From contig JBFGNS010000004.1 of assembly GCA_041574955.1 (NCBI GenBank), positions 6,707 through 70,706 on the forward strand: 64,000 nucleotides of DNA, in the 5' to 3' direction. This document shows, one piece after another, positions 42,020-50,318 of this stretch (position 1 is its first letter; each line of letters begins with the position of its first letter). The position numbers and the translations under genes were made by a program. The notes beneath the pieces are model-generated. The model saw nothing but the letters and a program-made list of their open reading frames with translations. It searched no databases and was not told where the DNA came from. The stretch comes from Thermoanaerobaculia bacterium. Lineage in GTDB: Bacteria; Acidobacteriota; Thermoanaerobaculia; Multivoradales; JAHEKO01.

Positions 42020-42682
42020 ATGCACGACCCGACTCGCGACCAGGCCCTGAGTCATGCCGAGACCGCCGAGCTGCTGCCGTGGCTGGTCAACGGTAGCCTG
42101 GCGGACGACGATCTGCACCGCGTCGAGGCGCATCTCGAGCGGTGCGCCGACTGCCGGCGGGAGGCCGCGCGGCTCGAGCGGATGGCGCGCGCGCTCGCCG
42201 GGCGGGCGGAGCCGGTCGCCCCGCCCCGTCCCGACTTTGCCGCCGTGATGGCGCATATCGAGGCGGCGGAGTCGCCGGGCGACGGGGCCTCCGGGCGGCG
42301 CGCACGGCCGGCCTCCGGGCGCAGCTTCGCCTGGCTGCTGGCTGCCCAGGCGGCAGCCGTGGCGTTGCTGTCGGTGGTGCTGCTGTGGGCGTCGGCGCCC
42401 GGCGACGTCGGCGCCGGGTTCCGCACCCTGGCGCGACCGGCGGCGGCGCCGGCGCTCGCCTCGGCGCCGCGACTGCGCGTCGTCTTCGAGGAGCAGCTGA
42501 CCGAGGTCGAGCTGCGCGACCTCCTGCTGTCGGTGCGCGGCCGGGTGGTGGCCGGACCGACGCCGTTCGGCGTCTACACCGTGGAGCTGGCGTCGATCGA
42601 CAGCGGTGAGCTGGCCGGCGTGGTCGACAGGCTGCGGCGCAGCGGCAAGGTCCGGTTCGTCGAAACGGTGGTGGGCCAGTAG
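42020..42682 (+). CDS. Anti-sigma factor (zf-HC2 type) with one TM segment
   Basis: 220 aa. HLERCADCRREAARL matches the H-x3-C-x2-C motif. TM segment FAWLLAAQAAAVALLSVVLLW. Starts at the base after the sigma stop. Confidence 0.7.
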   Translation: MHDPTRDQALSHAETAELLPWLVNGSLADDDLHRVEAHLERCADCRREAARLERMARALAGRAEPVAPPRPDFAAVMAHIEAAESPGDGASGRRARPASGRSFAWLLAAQAAAVALLSVVLLWASAPGDVGAGFRTLARPAAAPALASAPRLRVVFEEQLTEVELRDLLLSVRGRVVAGPTPFGVYTVELASIDSGELAGVVDRLRRSGKVRFVETVVGQ

Positions 42683-43911
42683 TGCGAGCGCTCCGCCCGA
42701 GCGGCGCCCGCGCCGGGGCTGCGCTGCTGCTGGCGGTGGGCCTGGCGGCCGGCTCGCCGAGCGCCGCCGCGCACCGGGGACGCGACGCGCAAACCGCCGA
42801 AGAGCAGCGGCAAGAGCAGGTGATGGCCGTGCTCAAGCCGTCGCCGCCGACGCTGTGGAACCGGGACGCCCGCGCTCTGGCCCAGGCCTACGAGGCCGAG
42901 CTGGTGGTGGCCTGGACGCTGCGCTCGCTCGACGCGCCCTGCATAATCCTCGAGCCGCGGTCGGGGCGGTCGCTCGAGGCGGTCGTCGCGTCGCTCTCCG
43001 CCGACCACCGCGTGCAGTGGGCGCAGCCGGTGCAGTACTTCAGCCTGCTGACCGAGTACAACGACCCCCACTACCATCTGCAGCACGGAGCGCACGCCCT
43101 CGACCTCGGTCAGGCCCATGCCCATGCCACCGGCCGCGACGTCACGGTGGCCATCGTCGATACCGGGGTCGACGTCGCCCATCCGGATCTGCGCGACCGG
43201 GTGGCGGGCGCGCAGAGCCTGCTCGAGCGCGACCGCGGCGGCTTCACCGGCGACGTCCACGGCACCGCCGTGGCCGGCGTCATCGCGGCGCAGGCCAACA
43301 ACGAGGTCGGGATCGTCGGCGTGGCGCCGGACGCCAGGCTGCTGGCGCTCACGGCGTGCTGGCCGGTCGGTGACGCCGGCGGCGCGGCGTGCAACAGCTA
43401 CACCCTGGCGGGGGCGCTCGACGCCGCGATCCACCGCCGCGCCGAGGTGATCAACCTGAGCCTCACCGGGCCACGGGACCGGCTGGTCGAGACGCTGATT
43501 CTCGAGGCGGTCGCGCGGGGGACCACGGTGGTCGCCGCGGCCGACGAGGGCAGCGCCGACGGCGGCTTTCCGGCTTCCCTGCCGGCGGTGCTGGGCGTCG
43601 GTGCCGCCGGCGCCGGCGAGGCCGAGCCGGTGGCCGCGGCCGGCCGGGTGCTGGCTCCCGGCGAGGACATCCTGACCACCGTGCCGCGCGGCGCCTACGA
43701 CTTCCTGTCGGGCAGCTCGCTGGCCGCCGCGCACGCCTCCGGGGTCGTCGCGCTGCTGGTCCAGTGCCGCCCGGGCACGGCCCCGGCGGAGCTGCTGCGG
43801 ATCGTCGTCGAGACCGCCCGCCGAGACCCGGCCGCCGCGCGGCCCGGTACGATCGATGCCGCCGCGGCGCTGGGTCGGCTGACGGTCTCGGGACCGTGCG
43901 CCAGCCGTTAG
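42682..43911 (+). CDS. Secreted S8-family (subtilisin-like) serine peptidase
   Basis: 409 aa. Signal peptide, and catalytic triad contexts VAIVDTGVDVAHPDL (Asp), HGTAVAGVIAA (His) and SGSSLAAAHASGVVALL (Ser). The start overlaps the anti-sigma stop. Confidence 0.9.
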   Translation: MRALRPSGARAGAALLLAVGLAAGSPSAAAHRGRDAQTAEEQRQEQVMAVLKPSPPTLWNRDARALAQAYEAELVVAWTLRSLDAPCIILEPRSGRSLEAVVASLSADHRVQWAQPVQYFSLLTEYNDPHYHLQHGAHALDLGQAHAHATGRDVTVAIVDTGVDVAHPDLRDRVAGAQSLLERDRGGFTGDVHGTAVAGVIAAQANNEVGIVGVAPDARLLALTACWPVGDAGGAACNSYTLAGALDAAIHRRAEVINLSLTGPRDRLVETLILEAVARGTTVVAAADEGSADGGFPASLPAVLGVGAAGAGEAEPVAAAGRVLAPGEDILTTVPRGAYDFLSGSSLAAAHASGVVALLVQCRPGTAPAELLRIVVETARRDPAAARPGTIDAAAALGRLTVSGPCASR

Positions 43912-43966
43912 CCGGGCAGCTGTCGCGCCGACTCCCGCCGCGCTGCGGCTAGAATGGTCGGCTGCG

Positions 43967-45541
43967 ATGGCCGCCAGCACCAGCAGACGCCGCCCGCAGC
44001 AGTGGGCCAAGGTGCGCGCCGCCGAGCGCAGCCGGGTGACGTTCTCGCCGCACCGGCCCAACGCCCTGGCGCTGGCCTACGCCAACAGCTACCACGTCGG
44101 CATGTCGAGCCTGGCGGTGCAGCGGGTCTGGGAGCTGGTCAACACCACCCCAGAGTGGTCGTGCGAGCGGTTCTTCGCCGACGGCGACGGCCCGCCGCTG
44201 TCGGTCGAGACCGACTCGCCGCTCGCCGCTTTCGGCGCGGTGGCGTTCTCGATCTCGTTCGAGGAGGACTACGTCAACCTGCTCGAGATGCTCGGCCGCG
44301 CCGGCATCCCGGCGCGGCGGTGCGAGCGCGGCGCCGAGCACCCGCTGGTGCTGGTGGGCGGCTCGTGCGCCATGATCAACCCGCTCACCCTGTCGGAGTT
44401 CGTCGACGTCTTCCCGCTGGGCGCCGCCGAGAACCTGCTGCCCGATCTGCTGGCGGCGCTGGCGGGCGAGAGCCGGCGCGAGGCGGTGCTCGAGCGGCTG
44501 GCCGCGCAGCCCGGCTTCTACGTGCCGGCGCATCACCGGCCGGAGGGCGACGGCCTGTTCCACCGTCTGCACAAGCTCGAGCTGTCTGAGGAGCAGATGC
44601 GCCGGCCCGGCCACCTGCCGACCACCGCCATCGTCACCCCCCACACCGAGTTCGCCGACAAGTTCCTGGTCGAGATGTCGCGCGGCTGCCCGGAGAAGTG
44701 CCGCTACTGCTGGGCGACGTTCGGCATGGGCCGGTTCCGCTGGCACCCGACGGATTTCATCCTCGCGGCGATCGAGCGCGCCCGGCCGCTCACCGACCAG
44801 CTCGGCTTCGTCGCCACCGCGGTGGGCGACCACCCGGAGATCGAGCGCATCCTGGCCGAGGCCAACACCCTCGGGTTCCGCACCGCGGTGTCGTCGATCC
44901 GCATCCCGGCGGTGACCGATGGGGTGCTGGCGGCGCTCGCCGCCTCCGGCGACCGCTCGATCACGCTGGCGCCCGAGACCGGCAGCGACCGGCTGCGCGA
45001 GAGGCTCAACAAACCGGTTCCCAACCGGCTCCTGCTCGACAAGGTGCGGCTGATCTTCCGCCACGGCTTCACCGGGCTCAAGCTGTATTTCATCATCGGG
45101 CTGCCCGGCGAGACCGACGAGGACGTGCAGGCGATCCTCGACCTGGCCGCCGAATGCCGCGCCATCATGCTCGAGGAGCTGGCGCCCACCGGCGTCGTCG
45201 GCCAGATCGACCTCGGGGTCAACCTGCTGATCCCCAAGCCGTACACCGGCTACCAGCGTGAGCGGCTGGAGGAGCCGGCGGTGCTCAAGCGGCGCATCCG
45301 GCTGCTCCGCCGCGGCGTGGCGCGGCTGCCCAACGTCTCGCTCGGCACCATGTCGATCCGCCAGGCGATCTGGCAGACCTACATCACCAAGGCCGGCCCC
45401 GACGCTGCCGAGGCTCTGGAGGCGGCGGCCGCGGGGATGCCGGTGTCGGCGCTCTTGCGCGAGTACGCCGACCGCATCGAGCCCGAGGTGTTCGAGCGCG
45501 CCGACGGGCGGCTGCGGTGGCAGTTCCTGCGGACGGCCTAG
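43967..45541 (+). CDS. Radical SAM protein with N-terminal B12-binding-like domain, function unknown
   Basis: 524 aa. LALAYANSYHVGMSSLAVQRVWELV (N-terminal domain) and the cluster motif MSRGCPEKCRYCWATF. Resembles the uncharacterised radical SAM family I remember as TIGR03960-like. Confidence 0.8.
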   Translation: MAASTSRRRPQQWAKVRAAERSRVTFSPHRPNALALAYANSYHVGMSSLAVQRVWELVNTTPEWSCERFFADGDGPPLSVETDSPLAAFGAVAFSISFEEDYVNLLEMLGRAGIPARRCERGAEHPLVLVGGSCAMINPLTLSEFVDVFPLGAAENLLPDLLAALAGESRREAVLERLAAQPGFYVPAHHRPEGDGLFHRLHKLELSEEQMRRPGHLPTTAIVTPHTEFADKFLVEMSRGCPEKCRYCWATFGMGRFRWHPTDFILAAIERARPLTDQLGFVATAVGDHPEIERILAEANTLGFRTAVSSIRIPAVTDGVLAALAASGDRSITLAPETGSDRLRERLNKPVPNRLLLDKVRLIFRHGFTGLKLYFIIGLPGETDEDVQAILDLAAECRAIMLEELAPTGVVGQIDLGVNLLIPKPYTGYQRERLEEPAVLKRRIRLLRRGVARLPNVSLGTMSIRQAIWQTYITKAGPDAAEALEAAAAGMPVSALLREYADRIEPEVFERADGRLRWQFLRTA

Positions 45542-45596
45542 CGAAAGCGAGCCGGCTGGCTGGTTGCTCGTCGAGCCGGCGTACCGCCCTGGTGCT

Positions 45597-45804
45597 GGCC
45601 CGGCCGGCTTGGAGTCGGGGGGAGAGGGTCGGCCCAATAGGGACTACATCTCCGGCTCGCGCCAGTCGGACTCTGCTTAGGGGGTGCGCTCGCCCGCACT
45701 CGGCTGGCGCGCGGGCGTCGGCGTCTGACTCCCATCGGCGTTGCGTTGCGCTGGCCGAGAGCTACCTGTCGACCCCTCTCCCCTCGACTCTGACGCCGAC
45801 ACCC
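45597..45804 (+). repeat. Family-1 structured intergenic repeat, copy B (208 nt, most diverged)
   Basis: Same core as the other copies (ccggctcgcgcc...gcgctcgcccgcactcggctggcgcgcgg...gcgctggccgagagc). The stem sequence is different but still complementary (gtcggggggagagggtcg / cgacccctctcccctcgac). About 15 extra nt sit at the tip of the 5' arm. Confidence 0.8.
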
Positions 45805-45873
45805 GGTGGATCCGCTCAACAGCTGGCAGCTCTGGCCAAGAGGGCTGTCGGGGCGAGTGGGATCCGGATCGAC

Positions 45874-46128
45874 TCAGGCCTTGCTCTCCGGCGGCGTGAT
45901 GTCCTTGATCGGGGGCTTTTCCGGCGGCGGCTCGCCGCGCTCCTGGAGCGAGCCCAAGAGCAGGGTGAGCAGGCCGAGCAGGATCTCGTCGATGAACGGG
46001 ATCAGGTCGGGGATCAGCAGGTCGACGAAGAACAGCGTCGCGGCCACCGCGAACAGCTGCGGGAAGCGCAGCCGGGCGCCGAAGCGGCCGAGCAGAGAGC
46101 GGATGAGACCCTGGGGCGGCGTCGCCAT
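45874..46128 (-). CDS. Small hypothetical membrane protein
   Basis: 84 aa. Central hydrophobic stretch FPQLFAVAATLFFVDLLIPDLIPFIDEILLGLLTLLLG and a Pro/Glu/Lys tail. This is the only plausible ORF in the interval. Confidence 0.5.
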   Translation of the reverse strand: MATPPQGLIRSLLGRFGARLRFPQLFAVAATLFFVDLLIPDLIPFIDEILLGLLTLLLGSLQERGEPPPEKPPIKDITPPESKA

Positions 46129-46166
46129 GGCGGCCCATCATACGGGACCCGCCGACCGGTGGCCGG

Positions 46167-47078
46167 CTACTCCCGCGGGCCGAGCCCCGGCCGCCCCTCG
46201 AGCTCCTCGAGGGTGCGCGGCCAGTCGTCCTTGAGCAGCCGCGACAGCGCGCGGTCGGCGAGCAGACGACCGCCGGTCTGGCAGCCGGCGCAGTAGTTGG
46301 CCTCGTTCTCGGCGTAGACGATGCGCTGTACCGGCGCGCCGCAGTCGGGGCACGGCTGGCGGTGGCGGCCGTGTACAGCCATGCCGTCGCGGAAGGCGGT
46401 GACCTTGGCCGGGAAGCCTTTGCCGGCGTCGGCGACGAGCCGCTCGGCCCACTCGGCGAGCACCGCCCGCGCGGCGTCGTACAGGCGGTCCACCTCGCCG
46501 TCGTCGAGCCGGCCGGTGAGCTTGAACGGCGACAGCCGGGCGCGGTGGAGGATCTCGTCCGAGTAGGCGTTGCCGACGCCCGAGAAAAGCCGCGGATCGG
46601 TCAGGGCGCGCTTGAGCGTGTGGCTGGCCGAGCGCAGCCGGGCGGCGAACTCGGCGCGGCCGGCGGTGAGGATCTCGAGCCCGCCGGGGTCGTGCGCCGC
46701 CAGGGTCTCGGCGCCGGCGACGACGTAGAGCGACGCCCGCTGCTTCTTGCCGGCCTCGGTCACGACCAGGGTGCCGCGCGGGAAGTCGAGCGCCGCCAGG
46801 CCGATCCGCCCCGGCGGCCTGGCGCCGGGCGGCCGCCAGCGCAGCCGACCGGCGACCATCAGGTGGAGCACCAGGTAGAGCTCGCCGTCGAGCTCGAGGA
46901 CGATGCGCTTGCCGAGCCGCCGTACTCCGCGCACCCGCCGGCCCTCGGCGGCCGTCACCGGCGGCGCCACCGAGCGCAGCAGGAACGGGCTCCGGATCCG
47001 CACCCGCTCGAGCGGCTCGCCCACCACGCGGGGCGCGAGCGCGTGCAGATAGGCCTCGATGTCGGGCAGCTCGGGCAT
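46167..47078 (-). CDS. Fpg/Nei-family DNA glycosylase/AP lyase (start set to the ATG giving N-terminal MPELPD)
   Basis: MPELPDIEAYLHAL (catalytic N-terminal Pro after Met removal), H2TH region and the C-terminal zinc finger CPDCGAPVQRIVYAENEANYCAGCQ. Confidence 0.85.
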   Translation of the reverse strand: MPELPDIEAYLHALAPRVVGEPLERVRIRSPFLLRSVAPPVTAAEGRRVRGVRRLGKRIVLELDGELYLVLHLMVAGRLRWRPPGARPPGRIGLAALDFPRGTLVVTEAGKKQRASLYVVAGAETLAAHDPGGLEILTAGRAEFAARLRSASHTLKRALTDPRLFSGVGNAYSDEILHRARLSPFKLTGRLDDGEVDRLYDAARAVLAEWAERLVADAGKGFPAKVTAFRDGMAVHGRHRQPCPDCGAPVQRIVYAENEANYCAGCQTGGRLLADRALSRLLKDDWPRTLEELEGRPGLGPRE

Positions 47079-47220
47079 GGGAGTGCCGGTCATTCTAGGT
47101 CCGCGGTATCGACGGAGCGAGACAGGGATCCAAGGGGCGCTTCAACACAAAGCGAACGTTCGTTCTTTTGCGTTGATTGTCGGTGCGGTTTCACCCTTCG
47201 GAGGGACACCGGAGCCTGGG

Positions 47221-47286
47221 CCACCCCCGGGAAGGTGCGCCTGCCGGGGGCCCGGGGCGGAGCGACCTCCATCGCCCCTTTTGGAC
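47221..47286 (+). repeat. Family-2 repeat, truncated copy c1 (5' half only)
   Basis: ccacccccgggaaggtgcgcctgccgggggcccggggcggagcgacctccatcgccccttttggac aligns with the first half of 62580-62650. The 3' stem arm is missing and the sequence runs into a family-1 fragment. Confidence 0.6.
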
Positions 47287-47301
47287 ACCGGGATGCGTGC
47301 T

Positions 47302-47343
47302 GGCCCGGCCGGCTCGGAGTCGACGGGGACAAGGTCCCAGGTA
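47302..47343 (+). repeat. Extra, isolated 5' arm of the family-1 repeat
   Basis: ggcccggccggctcggagtcgacggggacaaggtcccaggta duplicates the first ~42 nt of family 1 with 3 substitutions and one missing g, 18 nt upstream of full copy C. Confidence 0.7.
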
Positions 47344-47360
47344 GCGGCGGGTCGGCGGTG

Positions 47361-47553
47361 GGCCCGGCCGGCTCGGAGTCGAGGGGGACAGGGTCCCAGG
47401 GTACCGGCTCGCGCGCAGTCGGACTTTCGAGCGGGGCGCTCGCCTGCACTCGGCTGGCGCGCGGCATCGGCGTCGGACTCCACCCGGCGTTGCGCTGCGC
47501 TGGCCGAGAGCTACCCTGGGACCCTGTCCCCCTCGCCTCTGACGCCGGCCTCC
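47361..47553 (+). repeat. Family-1 structured intergenic repeat, copy C (193 nt)
   Basis: Near-identical to copy D (62303-62495), with a perfect 24-bp stem cgagggggacagggtcccagggta / taccctgggaccctgtccccctcg. Confidence 0.85.
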
Positions 47554-47567
47554 GCGGGGCGAGGGGG

Positions 47568-47607
47568 GCCTCGAGGGCTCGGGGGCTCGAGGGCTCGAGG
47601 CTTGAGG
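47568..47607. repeat. Tandem octamer array (5 units, GGCTCGAG-like)
   Basis: gcctcgag ggctcggg ggctcgag ggctcgag gcttgagg. Its reverse complement resembles the GCCCCCAA / GCCCTTGA units that follow family-2 copies a and d. Confidence 0.7.
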
Positions 47608-47626
47608 CCTGGCGCTGCGTAAGCCG

Positions 47627-47682
47627 GCGGGGGCCCGGTCGGAGCGACATCACCCTCGTGTGGCCAAGCGACCGGGCCCCGC
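47627..47682 (+). repeat. Family-2 hairpin repeat, copy c2
   Basis: Stem gcgggggcccggtc (47627-47640) / gaccgggccccgc (47670-47682) closes a loop containing GGAGCGACATCACCCTCG. Confidence 0.7.
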
Positions 47683-47856
47683 GCCCAACGCGCTGGCCGG
47701 GGGCTCGGGGGGCTGCTGCTCGTCCTCGACGGGAGACAGGGCCGGGTACCGGAGGGTGCAGGGCGGTCGGGGCACTCGCGCCGAAAGCCCTTTGGCTACG
47801 GGGGACTGTGGCGCTGGCACGGATCCTGAAGCCCGGGGCCGGCGAGGAGGCCCGAG

Positions 47857-48570
47857 ATGATGCGACGGAATATGACTTTGGCACTGGCCGGCGGCGCGCT
47901 GGCGCTGGGGCTCATGGTGGCCGCGCCGGCCGAGGCGGGGCACGCCGGCTGGTCGTTCGGCGCCGGCTTCCGGGTCGGCGGCTTTGATTTCCAGATCGGC
48001 TTCCGCGACGGCGGGCGGTACGGTCCGGGCCCCTACTTCCACACCCGCGGCGCCCTGAGCTACCCTGGCCACCGCTGCGGCAGCTACTGCCTGCGCAGCG
48101 GCCGCGACTTCTACCACCACTACACCTGCCCGCTGGTCGGCCTCCACTTCAGCCGCTTCGGATACTCGTCGGGCTACTACCTCGATGCGTACCCGCCGCC
48201 GGGTTTCTTCTTCCGCGGTTACTACGGCGGCTACCACGACCGCCACTACCGGCACCGTGCGCCCAGCCGCCGGCACGGCTACTATCTCCACCGGGACCGC
48301 CACCGCGACCGCTGGTGGGACCACCGCGGCGACCGCTGGGACCGTCGTGACCAGCGGCGCGACCGCCGCCGCGACTGGCGGCGGGACCGGCGGCACGACC
48401 GGCGCGACGAACGGCGTGACTGGCGGCGCGACCGGCGGGATGACCGCCGCGACTGGCGCGAGGACCGGCGTCACGATCGGCGCCGTCACCGCCTGCGCGA
48501 TCGCGACGACCGCCGCCGCGACGACGACCGGCCGCGGGCCCGCCGCCGCGGCCGCCGGGGTCCCGGCTAG
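47857..48570 (+). CDS. Secreted hypothetical protein with Arg/Asp/Trp/His-rich repeat tail
   Basis: 237 aa. GAGGAGG lies 6 nt upstream of the ATG. Clear signal peptide MMRRNMTLALAGGALALGLMVAAPAEA. A Gly/Tyr/Phe-rich middle region with three Cys, then about 90 aa of DRRxDWRRDRR-type repeats. Confidence 0.6.
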   Translation: MMRRNMTLALAGGALALGLMVAAPAEAGHAGWSFGAGFRVGGFDFQIGFRDGGRYGPGPYFHTRGALSYPGHRCGSYCLRSGRDFYHHYTCPLVGLHFSRFGYSSGYYLDAYPPPGFFFRGYYGGYHDRHYRHRAPSRRHGYYLHRDRHRDRWWDHRGDRWDRRDQRRDRRRDWRRDRRHDRRDERRDWRRDRRDDRRDWREDRRHDRRRHRLRDRDDRRRDDDRPRARRRGRRGPG

Positions 48571-48587
48571 GGGCCCGGTCCCGGCTC

Positions 48588-49547
<960 letters not shown>

Positions 49548-49567
49548 CGCGGAATCCGGACGGCCGG

Positions 49568-50152
49568 TCAGGCCAGCAGCTTGGCGAGCGTGGCGGCCAG
49601 CTTCGCTCCCAGCTCTTGGACCGCCGCCTGCTGCTTGGCGTCCACCAGCGAGCCGTCGTCGGCGAACGCCTGATGGGCACGGCTCACCGCGCGCTGATCG
49701 GGCAGCACCAGGACGCCGAGGTTGGAGAGGATGGCGCGCACGTGCACCAGGCCACGCAGGCCGCCCAGCGAGCCGGGCGAGGCGCTCATCAGCACGGCCG
49801 CCTTGCCGCGGAACGCGACCAGCGGCGGCTCGTCGGGCTCGCTGCGGCGCGACGCCCAGTCGATGGCGTTCTTGAGCACGCCGGTGATCGAGGAGTTGTA
49901 CTCGGGCGAGGCGATCAGGAAGCCGTCGTGCTCGCGCATCAGCCGCTTGAGCTCGGCAGCGTTGGCCGGCATGCCCTCGGCGCGCTCGAGATCCTGATCG
50001 TAGAGCGGCATCGGCAGGTCGGCCAGATCGATGCGGGTGACCTCGGCGCCCGCCTTCCGCGCGCCGGCGACCGCCACCGCCAGCAGGCGCTTGTTGTACG
50101 AGCCGCGGCGCGTGCTGCCGGCGAAGGCGAGGATCCTGGGCTGGTCGGACAT
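49568..50152 (-). CDS. NADPH-dependent FMN reductase
   Basis: 194 aa. ILAFAGSTRRGSYNKRLL and SPEYNSSITGVLKNAIDWASR are flavodoxin-like FMN reductase motifs. Confidence 0.8.
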   Translation of the reverse strand: MSDQPRILAFAGSTRRGSYNKRLLAVAVAGARKAGAEVTRIDLADLPMPLYDQDLERAEGMPANAAELKRLMREHDGFLIASPEYNSSITGVLKNAIDWASRRSEPDEPPLVAFRGKAAVLMSASPGSLGGLRGLVHVRAILSNLGVLVLPDQRAVSRAHQAFADDGSLVDAKQQAAVQELGAKLAATLAKLLA

Positions 50153-50244
50153 CGGGAGCTGGGCGCGTCGCGGCCGCGGGCTGTCTGACGATCGGGCCGG
50201 GCCGGAGGGGTGGCGGCGTGGCCGGGCTGCCAGAGTCTACACGC

Positions 50245-50266
50245 GCCGCGACGAGACGGTCGCGGC
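50245..50266 (-). terminator. Terminator-like hairpin after the GGDEF-EAL gene (no U tract)
   Basis: gccgcgac (50245-50252) / gtcgcggc (50259-50266), an 8-bp stem with a 6-nt loop, about 50 nt downstream of the stop at 50319. Confidence 0.3.
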
Positions 50267-50318
50267 CCCGGGCCCGGCGCTCTCGGCGGCGCGCCGCGCC
50301 GGTCGCAGGCGGGCGCCG

